From positions 32,001-96,000 of the forward strand of contig JAWVXD010000005.1 in the NCBI GenBank assembly GCA_033723415.1: 64,000 nucleotides of DNA. Reading direction: 5' to 3'. Both the position numbers and the translations under genes were made by a program. The stretch is from Sulfurospirillaceae bacterium (GTDB lineage: Bacteria > Campylobacterota > Campylobacteria > Campylobacterales > Sulfurospirillaceae). This document shows positions 1 to 11,166 of the stretch, in pieces; position 1 is the first letter of the stretch; each line of letters opens with the position of its first letter. The notes beneath the pieces were generated by a model, which had not been told where the DNA came from, searched no databases, and worked only from the letters and a program-made list of their open reading frames with translations.

Positions 1-348
<348 letters not shown>

Positions 349-351
349 ATC

Positions 352-1599
352 ATGAGTATATTAAAAACAGAAGATCCAATCGTATATGATTTGGTTGAGC
401 TTGAATTAAAACGACAAACAGAACATCTTGAGATGATAGCAAGTGAAAATTTTACTTATCCTGCCGTAATGGAAACTATGGGAAGTGTTTTTACAAACAA
501 ATATGCTGAGGGCTATCCAAATAAAAGATATTATGGTGGATGTGAATTTGCGGATAAGGTAGAACTGTTGGCAATTGAGCGAGCTTGTGAACTTTTCGGA
601 TGCAAATTTGCCAATGTACAACCAAATTCAGGTAGTCAGGCTAACCAAGGTGTTTATCAAGCACTTCTACAACCTCATGATAAATTGCTAGGTATGGATT
701 TGAGTCAAGGCGGACATCTAACGCACGGTTCAAAAGTAAGTAGTTCAGGCAAAACGTATTCTAGTTTTTTTTACGGAGTTGATAAAGACGGTATCATTGA
801 TTATGAAAAAGTTAGAGAAATCGCTCATATTGTAAAACCCAAGATAATAGTCTGCGGTGCAAGCGCATATCCAAGAGTTATAGATTTTGCAAAATTCAGA
901 GAAATAGCCGATGAAGTAGGAGCTTATCTTTTTGCTGATATTGCTCATATAGCAGGTCTTGTGGCTGCAGGTGAGCACCCAAGCCCATTTCCTCATTGTC
1001 ATGTAGCAACAACTACAACACACAAAACACTTAGAGGTCCAAGAGGCGGACTTATCCTGACTAACGACGAAGAAATTGCAAAGAAGATAAACAGTGCTAT
1101 ATTTCCTGGAATCCAAGGTGGTCCGCTTATACACGTTATAGCAGCTAAGGCTGTAGGATTTGCATACAACCTAAAACCGGAATGGAAAACATATGCCAAA
1201 CAGGTAAAAGAAAATGCCAAAATTTTATCTGATGTTCTTATAAAAAGAGGATATGATATTGTAAGCGGCGGTACGGACAATCACTTGATCTTGGTTTCGT
1301 TTTTAAACAAAAACTTTAGTGGTAAAGATGCAGATATCGCACTTGGAAATGCAGGAATCACCGTTAATAAAAATACTGTTCCAAACGAAACAAGAAGCCC
1401 GTTTGTTACAAGTGGTGTTAGAATCGGTAGTGCTGCGTTAACTGCCAGAGGTATGGGTGTTGCAGAATTTGAGATAATTGCAAATAAAATAGCAGATGTT
1501 TTAGATAATATCGAAGATGTAAAATTACAAGAAAAAATAAAAAGCGAAGTAAAAGAGTTGGCTAGTAATTTTGTAATATACAACCAATCAACGTATTAA
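352..1599 (+). CDS. glyA: Serine hydroxymethyltransferase
   Basis: LIASEN-like [28 protein letters not shown] (PLP lysine). Confidence 0.98.
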   Translation: MSILKTEDPIVYDLVELELKRQTEHLEMIASENFTYPAVMETMGSVFTNKYAEGYPNKRYYGGCEFADKVELLAIERACELFGCKFANVQPNSGSQANQGVYQALLQPHDKLLGMDLSQGGHLTHGSKVSSSGKTYSSFFYGVDKDGIIDYEKVREIAHIVKPKIIVCGASAYPRVIDFAKFREIADEVGAYLFADIAHIAGLVAAGEHPSPFPHCHVATTTTHKTLRGPRGGLILTNDEEIAKKINSAIFPGIQGGPLIHVIAAKAVGFAYNLKPEWKTYAKQVKENAKILSDVLIKRGYDIVSGGTDNHLILVSFLNKNFSGKDADIALGNAGITVNKNTVPNETRSPFVTSGVRIGSAALTARGMGVAEFEIIANKIADVLDNIEDVKLQEKIKSEVKELASNFVIYNQSTY

Positions 1600-1608
1600 G
1601 GAATACTG

Positions 1609-2151
1609 ATGTATGATATTGATACTTCTTTAATCAAGATTGATACCTCGCATTATTGGATTAAAAGAGACAGTATCGTCCAAAAGATTATGCATAATGG
1701 AAGAACATTTTTCGATAAATTTGAAAGAATTGATGAAAAGTTGACAAACCAGATCATGCAAGAGCATTTATCCGGGAATATTACTGTTGCACACTCTCTG
1801 ATCAATAGATTTAATAAAATAGAAAATATTGTTATTGATTACAATGGAATTAACACTGAAAGATTCTGGCATAGGGCACAGTTATTGCTTAGAGATGAAG
1901 GATATATAAATTTTACGGCATATGAGAGTAAGACTCCAGGTCACTTGCATCTTTATATACATAAAGGGCATACGACTTTGCAAGAAGGTTATCAGATAGC
2001 AAAGTTATTATCTATGAAACTTTCTCAAAGGATGCCTAGAGAATGGAAGATATTTCCTAGTGACAGCATGCCAAAAGAGTTTAATATACTGACACTGCCG
2101 TATAAAGTTTATCAAAAAGAAAGAGGCGCAGCCTGGTCAAAGCACATGTAG
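1609..2151 (+). CDS. DUF1882-family protein (HP0184-like, primase-polymerase-like fold)
   Basis: 180 aa; VIDYNG and YESKTPGHLHLYIH motifs; position after glyA as in other Campylobacterales. Confidence 0.75.
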   Translation: MYDIDTSLIKIDTSHYWIKRDSIVQKIMHNGRTFFDKFERIDEKLTNQIMQEHLSGNITVAHSLINRFNKIENIVIDYNGINTERFWHRAQLLLRDEGYINFTAYESKTPGHLHLYIHKGHTTLQEGYQIAKLLSMKLSQRMPREWKIFPSDSMPKEFNILTLPYKVYQKERGAAWSKHM

Positions 2152-2214
2152 TGCTTCACTGAAAGCACATATAATGTATTTCGTGATAATATAAGCAAAA
2201 AATAGGAGATAAAG

Positions 2215-2940
2215 ATGGATGACAAAAACGAATTAAGTGATATTGTCTTAGAAAAAGATAACGGAAAAGTTTTAAAAGCAAAGAGAATTCTGATAATTAT
2301 TGCATTGCTTATTATTGTATTTTTGGGTGTATTAGTAACTATGAAATTGATAAATAAACCAACTCAAAATACTGCTACTGAGAAGATGATTTTACCTCCT
2401 GAACCAAAATCTGTCACTGATAGCAAAGCAAAAGACGAAGAGTTATTTAAACAGGTTCCTATAATAGAAGAAAACAAAACCAATAAAGATAATTTTGACA
2501 ATATTGTTAAAAACTTAAAAGAAAAAGAAATGCAAAAATCGCAAATAAGCGATCAAAACCAAACAAAACCTGTACAAACACAAAGTCAGACTATTCAAGA
2601 GAAACCTGTTGCTCCGGTAGTAGAACCTCTAAAAAAAGAGGCAAAAAAAATACTTAAACCTAAAATCGAACAGAAGACTCAAAAGACTACACCTACTGCC
2701 AAGAACAAAGGTCTTTTTGTTCAAGTAGGCGCGATATACAGAGGAACACCTAGTAAAAAATTTCTGAAACTTATAACAGATAAACATTACAACTATTTCC
2801 TTTATAAGACAAAAGTAAACAACAAGTCTGTAACTAAAGTTTTGATAGGTCCGTTTAAGACAACAAAAGAAGCAAAAGCCGGTCTGATAGAGATCAAAAA
2901 ATCTATCAATAAAAATGCTTTTTTATATAGAGTAAAATAA
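2215..2940 (+). CDS. SPOR-domain membrane protein (DedD/FtsN-like)
   Basis: Single N-terminal TM helix, low-complexity linker, C-terminal FVQVGA...KVLIGPF SPOR motif. Confidence 0.85.
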   Translation: MDDKNELSDIVLEKDNGKVLKAKRILIIIALLIIVFLGVLVTMKLINKPTQNTATEKMILPPEPKSVTDSKAKDEELFKQVPIIEENKTNKDNFDNIVKNLKEKEMQKSQISDQNQTKPVQTQSQTIQEKPVAPVVEPLKKEAKKILKPKIEQKTQKTTPTAKNKGLFVQVGAIYRGTPSKKFLKLITDKHYNYFLYKTKVNNKSVTKVLIGPFKTTKEAKAGLIEIKKSINKNAFLYRVK

Positions 2941-2941
2941 T

Positions 2942-4354
2942 TTGTATAGCAAAACTATATTATTTGACCAACTAACGCCTATAACGATATTTGCAAAGTT
3001 GCAAAATCATTTCAAAGGAGAACTCTCTTTTCTATTTGAAAGTGCTATAAATTCAGAAGCAGGAAATTACAGCTTCCTATTTATAGGTGCTAGAGAGAGA
3101 GTGATCCACGAAAATTCACAAAGCTTTTATATAAATGAAAAAGATGAAAGAATTCAAATTGATGACAATCCTTTTATCTTTTTAAAAAAAAGATACAAAG
3201 AGATAGATCAAGATAAATATAAAAAACTCTCACATGACCTAAACATTGGTTTTGTTGACGGTTTTGTTGGTTATATAGGTTATGACTGTGTAAAAACTTT
3301 CGAGCCTGTCTTGCAAACACACATGAACAACTTAAAAGATGAAATAAAGATACCTGACCTTGATCTTATGCGTCCAAGACTCATATGTGCCTTTTCTCAC
3401 AAATCAAATACTCTTACTCTTTTAACTTTTATAGAAGAGATGGGAAAACAACTTGATGATATCATTAAGCTTATAGAACAGCCTCATATAAATATCCCTA
3501 TAGTAAAAACAAAAATTGACAAAAAAAGAGGAAATTTCGCTTTTTCCAAAGAACGATTTTTTGAAATGGTAAAACGATCAAAAGAGATGATAAGAAGCGG
3601 CGATGTTTTTCAAATCCTTATGTCAAACAGATTCACTCAATTTGCAAAAATAGATAGACTTAGTTTTTATAGGATACTAAGAAACAAAAATCCTTCTCCA
3701 TATATGTATAACTTAAATTACGGAAAATTTTCCATCATAGGTAGTTCTCCTGAGGTTATGGTAGGTCTTAAAAACGGACATATCATATTGAGACCTATCG
3801 CAGGCACAAGAAAAAGAGGCGATAGCTATGAAAAAGACTTGGAATTAGCAGAAGAACTTCTACATGATCAAAAGGAGAGAGCTGAACATCTAATGCTGAT
3901 TGATCTTGGTAGAAACGATGTGGGTAAAGTAGCAAAAGTCGGTAGCGTGCAGGTTAAAGAGATGATGAGAGTAGAGAGATACTCACATGTCATGCACCTG
4001 GTAACAGATATTGAAGCATTGCTTGACAAAAAGTATGATATGTTTGATCTGTTTGCTGCAACATTTACCGCCGGGACTATGACCGGAACACCTAAGATCA
4101 GAGCAATGGAACTTATAAGTGATTTTGAAAATCTAAAAAGAAGTTTTTACAGTGGAGCTGTAGGATATTTTGGATTTGACGGTAACCTTGATAGTGCTAT
4201 TTTGATAAGAACTGCATATTTGGACGATGAGAAAATAATCTTTCAAGCAGGAGCCGGGATAGTTGCTGACAGCACTCCTGAATACGAATATCAAGAGGTA
4301 TCAAATAAACTCGCAGCTATGACATCTTCGCTAGATGATCTAAGTGATTCTTAA
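2942..4354 (+). CDS. trpE: Anthranilate synthase component I
   Basis: FLFES, NPSPYM, SSPE, PIAGTRKRG, EHLMLIDLGRND, QAGAGIVADS chorismate-binding motifs; TTG start. Confidence 0.85.
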   Translation: MYSKTILFDQLTPITIFAKLQNHFKGELSFLFESAINSEAGNYSFLFIGARERVIHENSQSFYINEKDERIQIDDNPFIFLKKRYKEIDQDKYKKLSHDLNIGFVDGFVGYIGYDCVKTFEPVLQTHMNNLKDEIKIPDLDLMRPRLICAFSHKSNTLTLLTFIEEMGKQLDDIIKLIEQPHINIPIVKTKIDKKRGNFAFSKERFFEMVKRSKEMIRSGDVFQILMSNRFTQFAKIDRLSFYRILRNKNPSPYMYNLNYGKFSIIGSSPEVMVGLKNGHIILRPIAGTRKRGDSYEKDLELAEELLHDQKERAEHLMLIDLGRNDVGKVAKVGSVQVKEMMRVERYSHVMHLVTDIEALLDKKYDMFDLFAATFTAGTMTGTPKIRAMELISDFENLKRSFYSGAVGYFGFDGNLDSAILIRTAYLDDEKIIFQAGAGIVADSTPEYEYQEVSNKLAAMTSSLDDLSDS

Positions 4355-4379
4355 CATATCTACGCAAAAAGATGCATAA

Positions 4380-5171
4380 ATGAAACTTTTTTCCATATTT
4401 GGCGATCCTGTCTTTCACTCAATATCTCCAAGACTTCATAATAATGCCATAAGAAATCTAAATCTTGACGCTTGTTATATTAGACAACTCGTGAAAAACG
4501 GTGATGAGATTATTGAAATTTTTAAAGATCTTAGATTGGACGGAGCAAATGTCACGGTTCCTCATAAAGAGACAGCTTACAAATTATGTGATGAAGTCAG
4601 AGGAATTGCAAAAGAAATCAAAGCTATAAATACTCTTATCAACGAGAATGGAAAAATCATAGGATATAACACTGATGCACCAGGTTTTTTTCAGGCCATA
4701 AGCTCTTTTAAAAACATAAAAAAAGCATTGATCTTAGGAGCAGGAGGAACGGCAAAAGCTATTTCGTTTATATTGAGACAAAATAATATTGACGTTACTA
4801 TACTCAACAGATCAAAAGAAAGACTTGAATTTTTTATGAAAAACGGTTTTGATTCTTTTCATTGGAATAACTTCAATTCGAACAACTTTGATATTATTAT
4901 AAATACTACATCTGCAGGATTAAAAGATGAAAATCTACCATTACCTATAGATATACTCTCACAAATAATGCAAAATGCAAGTTATACGTTTGACGTAGTT
5001 TATGGAAGAAGGACTCCTTTTTTGCAACTCTCAGATAAATATAACTTACAAAATAAAAATGGGCAAGATATGCTTCTTTATCAAGGTATTATTGCATTTA
5101 ATCTTTTTTATAATAATAAATTTAATACCTCTGTAATAGAAAAACACATGAGAGAGGCTTTGACTTTTTAA
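4380..5171 (+). CDS. aroE: Shikimate dehydrogenase
   Basis: HSISP, GANVTVPHK, GYNTD, LGAGGTA, INTTSAG. Confidence 0.95.
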   Translation: MKLFSIFGDPVFHSISPRLHNNAIRNLNLDACYIRQLVKNGDEIIEIFKDLRLDGANVTVPHKETAYKLCDEVRGIAKEIKAINTLINENGKIIGYNTDAPGFFQAISSFKNIKKALILGAGGTAKAISFILRQNNIDVTILNRSKERLEFFMKNGFDSFHWNNFNSNNFDIIINTTSAGLKDENLPLPIDILSQIMQNASYTFDVVYGRRTPFLQLSDKYNLQNKNGQDMLLYQGIIAFNLFYNNKFNTSVIEKHMREALTF

Positions 5172-5229
5172 TCATATCTTCAGTACATTTTCACTACAAT
5201 GCAAAAACTTAAATCTTAATTAAAGGATA

Positions 5230-6315
5230 ATGATGAAGAAGTTATTTAAACTAATGGGCATCTTGGCTATTTTAGTTCTTATAAGTAGCAATTCTTTTGC
5301 TGCTGAAAAGACTGTTAGATGGAAATTGGCAATGAGTTGGCCTACTACACTGGCACCTCTTTCTAACCCACCTCTAAAACTTGCAAAACTTGTCAAAGAG
5401 ATGAGTAAAGGCAAATTTATCATTAAAGTAGAAGGTTCAGAAAAGACAAAATCACCACTTGGCGTATTTGATATGGTAAGAGGCGGCGCTTTTCAAATGG
5501 GACATACGGCTTCTTATTACTATCTTGGAAAAGATGTTAATGCTGTTTGGTTCACAACTGTTCCTTGGGGTATGACAAAAGACGAACAATATGCTTGGTT
5601 TTACTATGGAAACGGCATGAAATTCATGCAACAAGTTTATGGAAAATACGGTATGTTATCTTTCCCTGGCGGCAACACAAGTGTCCAAATGGGCGGATGG
5701 TTCAAAAAAGAGATCAAAAGTATAAATGACTTAAAAGGTCTAAAGATGAGAATCCCTGGATTTGCAGGAAAAGTTATGGCTCGCTTAGGTGTTAGTGTCG
5801 TAAATATTCCAGCCGGTGAATTATATACATCATTGGATCGTGGAACAATTGATGCACTTGAATGGGTAGGACCTGGTATGGACATCAAAATGGGCTTCTA
5901 CAAAGTTGCACCGTATTACTATACCGGATGGCACGAGCCTGCATCTGAGATGAATTTTGTCATAAACAAAAAAGCATTTGCAAAACTACCAAAAAGCTAT
6001 CAAGTAATGCTAGTTACTGCTATGAAAGCTGTAACTGCAGATATGGGTATGGAGAACTTTGCTGACAGTGCAACTGCATGGGCAGAGATGAAAAAAGAAT
6101 ACCCGGATATAAAAGTAGAATCATTCCCAGTACCTGTTCTAAAGGCTATGAAAAAAGCAACTGATGAAGTTATGAGTAGCTATGCTGCAAAAAACCCTCT
6201 GTTCAAAACAATTTGGGAAGATCAAAAAGCTTTCATGAAAAAAGCTAGAGTTTGGTCAATGATGTCAGAATATCACTACTTAAAAGCTTCCGAAGAAGTT
6301 AAAGACGTTAAATAA
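5230..6315 (+). CDS. dctP: TRAP transporter substrate-binding protein (DctP/TakP type)
   Basis: Signal peptide; QMGGWF, LKGLKMRIPG, GTIDALEWVGP. Confidence 0.92.
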   Translation: MMKKLFKLMGILAILVLISSNSFAAEKTVRWKLAMSWPTTLAPLSNPPLKLAKLVKEMSKGKFIIKVEGSEKTKSPLGVFDMVRGGAFQMGHTASYYYLGKDVNAVWFTTVPWGMTKDEQYAWFYYGNGMKFMQQVYGKYGMLSFPGGNTSVQMGGWFKKEIKSINDLKGLKMRIPGFAGKVMARLGVSVVNIPAGELYTSLDRGTIDALEWVGPGMDIKMGFYKVAPYYYTGWHEPASEMNFVINKKAFAKLPKSYQVMLVTAMKAVTADMGMENFADSATAWAEMKKEYPDIKVESFPVPVLKAMKKATDEVMSSYAAKNPLFKTIWEDQKAFMKKARVWSMMSEYHYLKASEEVKDVK

Positions 6316-6321
6316 ATTCAA

Positions 6322-6347
6322 TTTGGCCGACGCTTCTGTCGGCCAAA
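6322..6347 (+). terminator. GC-rich stem-loop between dctP and dctQ (mRNA stabiliser or partial terminator)
   Basis: TTTGGCCGAC-GCTTCT-GTCGGCCAAA, 10-bp perfect stem; no U-tract on + strand. Confidence 0.6.
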
Positions 6348-6372
6348 AAACTCAAGAAAAGACAATAAAAAG

Positions 6373-6912
6373 ATGCTAATAAAAATAGAAAAAATATTCA
6401 ACAAATTTATGGACTTCATAGGAAACATTTTAATAGTTATGTTATTACTTATGATACTAAATGTTTTTTATGATGTTATTATGAGGTATGCCTTTCATGA
6501 AAACTCTATTGCTATGCAAGAGTTGGAATGGCACTTTTTTGCAATAATAATCCTCTTTGGCACATCATACTCTCTCAAAGAGAATGCTCACGTCAGAGTT
6601 GATTTTTTATATGATAGATTTAGTGAACGAACACAAGCCGTCATAAATATAATAGGGACTCTATTATTCTTATTACCTTTTACTTTGCTTATTATTTATG
6701 GCTCATACACTTATGTAATGGATTCATATAGTATAGGAGAGACATCAGGCGATCCTGGCGGCTTAAAATACTTGTGGGCGATCAAAGCTATGATACCTTT
6801 GTCATTTATGGTACTGTTCTTAGAAGGCATTAATTACATAATCCAAAATATCAATATATACAGACATGTAGAAAAAGCTAAAAGAGTTGATCCTCAAGGA
6901 GCACTGTCTTGA
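6373..6912 (+). CDS. dctQ: TRAP transporter small permease
   Basis: 4 TM helices; QELEWH, HVRVD, GETSGDPGGL. Confidence 0.92.
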   Translation: MLIKIEKIFNKFMDFIGNILIVMLLLMILNVFYDVIMRYAFHENSIAMQELEWHFFAIIILFGTSYSLKENAHVRVDFLYDRFSERTQAVINIIGTLLFLLPFTLLIIYGSYTYVMDSYSIGETSGDPGGLKYLWAIKAMIPLSFMVLFLEGINYIIQNINIYRHVEKAKRVDPQGALS

Positions 6913-8246
6913 TAGGACTAGCTATGTTTGTAACAGCACTTCTGCTGTTGGTTATAGGATATCCGGTTGCGTTTACTTTTGGTGCAGTATCTATGTTCTT
7001 TGGTGCATTGGCAGCATATTTTCAAGTTATCCCTGATGGCGGTACGATGTCAGACTTTGTACAAGAGTTCCTGCAAATGTTCTCTTTAATGCCATTTCGT
7101 ATATTTGCTATAATGACAAATAAAATCCTTATGGCTGTACCTCTTTTCATATTTATGGGTATAGTTTTGCAAAAATCTGAACTTGCTACAAAGCTTTTGG
7201 AATCTATGGGAGTCTTATTTGGAAGAGTCAGAGGCGGTCTTGCCGTAAGTACTGTATTGATTGGAGCCCTACTTGCTGCTTCTACGGGAGTCGTTGGCGC
7301 AAGTGTTGTTGCCATGGGAGTAATATCTCTACCTGTTATGTTAAAATACGGATATTCAAAAAAACTAAGTACAGGTACGATATGTGCAGCCGGTACACTT
7401 GGTCAGATAATACCACCGTCTATCGTACTGATTGTTTTAGGAGATGTTTTTCAGCTACCTGTAGGTGACCTTTTTAGATTAGCTTTTTTCCCTGGACTTG
7501 TTTTAGTAGGCGTGTATATTATATATATACTAATAGTTGCATTCTTAGATAAAAGTGCTGCACCGGCAATAGAATTTGATGATAGTATGACAAAAACACA
7601 AAATGTAAAAAAAGCACTCTTGGCGATCATCCCTCCGTTGGTTCTTATAGTTATGGTACTCGGTTCTATATTTGCAGGAGTCGCTACACCTACGGAATCT
7701 GCATCGGTGGGCTCAGTTGGTGCTGTGTTATTGGCTTGGGGATATAAACAATTAAGTTTAGACATGATCAAAAAAGCTTCTATAGGTACTATTAAGATAA
7801 CAGCTATGGTTTTTGCTATATTAATCGGTGCGACTGCTTTTTCTATGGTTTTTGTTTATAGCGGCGCTGATGATATAACTGCAAATTTCATGATGAATTT
7901 ACCTGGCGATAAATGGGGATTTTTAATTCTATCCATGCTTGCTATTTTATTTTTAGGATTTTTTATTGACTTTATAGAAATATCATATATCGTTCTACCT
8001 ATTTTGATTCCAATTGCACACAATATAGGCCTGGATCCGACATGGTTTGCTATCCTTATAGCACTTAATCTTCAAACATCGTTTTTAACACCACCATTTG
8101 GCTTTTCTCTCTTTTATTTAAAAGGGGTTGCGCCTCCAACTGTAAAAACAACAGATATATATAAAGGTGTTATTCCATTTATACTTTTACAGATATTAGT
8201 ACTTATTTCAGTTGTTATTTTCCCACACTTTTATGGATTTAATTAA
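6909..8246 (+). CDS. dctM: TRAP transporter large permease
   Basis: AVPLFIFMG, GTLGQIIPPS, ATPTE, FLTPPFG; overlaps dctQ stop. Confidence 0.93.
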   Translation: MIGLAMFVTALLLLVIGYPVAFTFGAVSMFFGALAAYFQVIPDGGTMSDFVQEFLQMFSLMPFRIFAIMTNKILMAVPLFIFMGIVLQKSELATKLLESMGVLFGRVRGGLAVSTVLIGALLAASTGVVGASVVAMGVISLPVMLKYGYSKKLSTGTICAAGTLGQIIPPSIVLIVLGDVFQLPVGDLFRLAFFPGLVLVGVYIIYILIVAFLDKSAAPAIEFDDSMTKTQNVKKALLAIIPPLVLIVMVLGSIFAGVATPTESASVGSVGAVLLAWGYKQLSLDMIKKASIGTIKITAMVFAILIGATAFSMVFVYSGADDITANFMMNLPGDKWGFLILSMLAILFLGFFIDFIEISYIVLPILIPIAHNIGLDPTWFAILIALNLQTSFLTPPFGFSLFYLKGVAPPTVKTTDIYKGVIPFILLQILVLISVVIFPHFYGFN

Positions 8247-9658
8247 TGAAAAAAATAGCAATCATAGGCAAGCCAAATGTTGGCAAAAGTTCTCTATTTA
8301 ATAGAATAGCCAAACAAAGGATCGCGATTACATCAGATTTTAGCGGTACTACAAGAGATATCAAAGAACACACTGTAGAAATATTAGATAGACCTTGCAA
8401 AATACTTGATACCGGTGGACTTGACAGTTCAAATGAGCTTTTTGAGAACGTTAGACTAAAGTCAATAGAAGCAAGTAAAAAAGCTGATATCATCATCATG
8501 ATGGTCGATGGAAAGATGATACCTAGTGATGAAGATAAAAAGATATTTTATTCTCTACAGTCTCAAAAAAAACCAATCGCTTTGGTAATCAATAAAATAG
8601 ACAATGATAAAGAGATGGAGAGAGCTTGGGAATTTGATGAATTTGGTGCCGATAACGTATTTCCGATCTCAGTTTCGCACAATAGAGGTGTTACGAATCT
8701 TTTCAAATGGATAGCATCTTTTCTCCCAGAAGTAGAGACTCCAACAGAATTAAAAGAAAACGATGATGATGATTTTGACTTTGATGACTTTTTGGAAGAC
8801 GAAGAAAAGGAACAAAAAGTTGAAGAAGAAATCGAAACAAATGAGATAAATGTAGCGATCATTGGACGTGTAAATGTTGGAAAAAGTTCACTCTTAAATG
8901 CCTTGGTAGGAGAAGAAAGAGCTGTCGTAAGCTCAATCGAAGGTACAACAATAGATCCTGTTGATGAGAATATAGAATATAAAGACAAAATTATAAATTT
9001 TGTTGACACTGCAGGTGTACGTAAAAGAAGCAAAATAGAAGGTATAGAAAAATTTGCTCTTATGAGAACGAATGCCATGCTTGAAAAAGCCGATATTGCT
9101 CTACTTGTATTAGATGCCAGTGAAACTTTCAAAGAACTTGACGAACGAATAGCAAATCTTGCAGATAAAAATCACCTTGGTGTTATAATTGTTCTGAACA
9201 AATGGGATAAAGCACTTGAAGATTATAAAGAAACGATAGATGAGATAAGAGATAGATTCAAATTTTTATCTTGGGCGCCTATCATAACAGTTTCGGCTCT
9301 TTCTAAAAAAAGAGTTTTTCGAATAAAAGATCTTATACTAAGCGTGTACGAAAACTATAGTAGAAGAATTTCTACTTCAAAGTTAAATGAACTGTTAAAA
9401 TTAGCGACAATAAGACATCAACTTCCTGCTGATAAAACAAAAAGAGTAAAGATATATTTTGCAACGCAGTACGATACGAAGCCTCCAAAGATAGCCCTTG
9501 TCATGAATAGACCCAAAGCACTGCATTTTAGTTATAAAAGGTATCTTTTAAATAAATTAAGAGAAGAATTTGATCTAGAAGGAACTCCTGTATTGCTTTA
9601 TCCAAGGAGCAAAGGAGAAAAAGACGAATCAAATTTGGATGAAAACAATGGCCAGTAA
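8246..9658 (+). CDS. der: Ribosome biogenesis GTPase Der (EngA)
   Basis: Two G domains (GKPNVGKS, GRVNVGKS), acidic linker, KH-like C-terminus. Confidence 0.97.
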   Translation: MKKIAIIGKPNVGKSSLFNRIAKQRIAITSDFSGTTRDIKEHTVEILDRPCKILDTGGLDSSNELFENVRLKSIEASKKADIIIMMVDGKMIPSDEDKKIFYSLQSQKKPIALVINKIDNDKEMERAWEFDEFGADNVFPISVSHNRGVTNLFKWIASFLPEVETPTELKENDDDDFDFDDFLEDEEKEQKVEEEIETNEINVAIIGRVNVGKSSLLNALVGEERAVVSSIEGTTIDPVDENIEYKDKIINFVDTAGVRKRSKIEGIEKFALMRTNAMLEKADIALLVLDASETFKELDERIANLADKNHLGVIIVLNKWDKALEDYKETIDEIRDRFKFLSWAPIITVSALSKKRVFRIKDLILSVYENYSRRISTSKLNELLKLATIRHQLPADKTKRVKIYFATQYDTKPPKIALVMNRPKALHFSYKRYLLNKLREEFDLEGTPVLLYPRSKGEKDESNLDENNGQ

Positions 9659-10154
9659 TATCATTCTTATAGGTTTTATGGGAGTCGGTAAAGGTACTGT
9701 TGCCAGAGAACTTGCCCAAAAAAGTAAAATGTTTGCAATCGACACTGACGATTTGATAGAGAGCTTGGAAAACAAAAAGATCAAAGATATCTTTGCTGAA
9801 TCAGGAGAAAAATATTTTAGAGATTTAGAAAAAAAAACTGCAAAGTGGCTGCAGAAGTCTGTTAAGAACAGTATAATCTCAACTGGCGGAGGATTTTACA
9901 AGGTAGCTAATATTAAAAAAATTGGAAAGATTGTATACCTTGAATCCAGTTTTGAAAATATTATCAAAAGATTAAAAGAACATCCAGAATCAGAGAAAAA
10001 ATTTGCTAAAAGACCATTATTGCAAGATATTGACAAAGCAAAAACAATATTTGAAGCAAGATCTGCCGAGTACAAAAGATGCTCACATATTTCGATAAAT
10101 GTCGAGAACAGGACTCCAGAGGAAATAGCAAAAGATATATTAAAAATGATTTAG
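9648..10154 (+). CDS. aroK: Shikimate kinase
   Basis: LIGFMGVGKGT, DTD, GEKYFR, STGGG, RPLL; start placed at second ATG (ORF track starts 9639). Confidence 0.93.
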   Translation: MASNIILIGFMGVGKGTVARELAQKSKMFAIDTDDLIESLENKKIKDIFAESGEKYFRDLEKKTAKWLQKSVKNSIISTGGGFYKVANIKKIGKIVYLESSFENIIKRLKEHPESEKKFAKRPLLQDIDKAKTIFEARSAEYKRCSHISINVENRTPEEIAKDILKMI

Positions 10155-10194
10155 ATATAATCTCTATTAAAAATTACAAGTTATAGGGATTTTA

Positions 10195-11160
10195 ATGAGA
10201 GTATTGACAGGAATTCAACCCTCAGGCGCTCTTCATATAGGAAACTATTTTGGAGCGATCAAACAAATGTTGGACCTACAGGAAAAAAGTGATCTTTTTA
10301 TATTTATAGCCAACTACCACGCACTAACATCACTAAAAGACGGCGATGCATTGAAAAGAAATACAATGGATGCCGCTATAAATTTTCTTTCATTGGGAAT
10401 AGACCCAAACAAAAGTACATTTTGGCTACAATCTGATATAAAAGAAGTTTTAGAATTATACTGGGTGCTATCCAGTTTCACTCCGATGGGACTTTTGGAA
10501 CGGGCTCACAGCTACAAAGATAAAATTGCAAAAGGCATAGTCGCGAACCACGCCCTCTTCTCTTATCCTGTTTTAATGGCTTCTGATATACTTTTGTATA
10601 ATGCAGAAGTAGTTCCTGTAGGGAAAGACCAGGTTCAACATGTTGAGATAACCAGAGATATAGCGATTAAATTTAACAACCAATTTGGCGATATACTAAC
10701 CATACCTGAGTTCAAGATTGACGAAGTTGTCGCAACTGTTCCAGGGATAGACGGTGCTAAGATGAGCAAAAGTTACGGAAATACCATTGATATATTTTCT
10801 GATGCGAAACAACTTAAAAAAACAGTTTCCAAGATTGTAACCGATTCAACACCTATGGAAGAGCCGAAAGATTATGAAGATTGCAATGTTTTTGCCTTAT
10901 CAAAACTTTTTTTGGATGAAAACGGCATTAATGAACTAAAAGAAAGATACGTTAGAGGCGGAGAAGGATATGGACACTTCAAAATGCACTTAAATCAGCT
11001 TATTTGGGATTATTTTGCACCGGCACGTGAAAAAAGAGAATATTATCTCAAACACACGGATGAAGTAAGAGATATCTTAGATATAGGAGCAAGGAAAGCT
11101 AGAGTTATAGCTCAAGAGACGATTGAAAAAATCCGAGATTTAGTCGGAATTATAGGTTAA
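10195..11160 (+). CDS. trpS: Tryptophanyl-tRNA synthetase
   Basis: HIGN, VPVGKDQ, KMSKS. Confidence 0.97.
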   Translation: MRVLTGIQPSGALHIGNYFGAIKQMLDLQEKSDLFIFIANYHALTSLKDGDALKRNTMDAAINFLSLGIDPNKSTFWLQSDIKEVLELYWVLSSFTPMGLLERAHSYKDKIAKGIVANHALFSYPVLMASDILLYNAEVVPVGKDQVQHVEITRDIAIKFNNQFGDILTIPEFKIDEVVATVPGIDGAKMSKSYGNTIDIFSDAKQLKKTVSKIVTDSTPMEEPKDYEDCNVFALSKLFLDENGINELKERYVRGGEGYGHFKMHLNQLIWDYFAPAREKREYYLKHTDEVRDILDIGARKARVIAQETIEKIRDLVGIIG

Positions 11161-11166
11161 AACACA

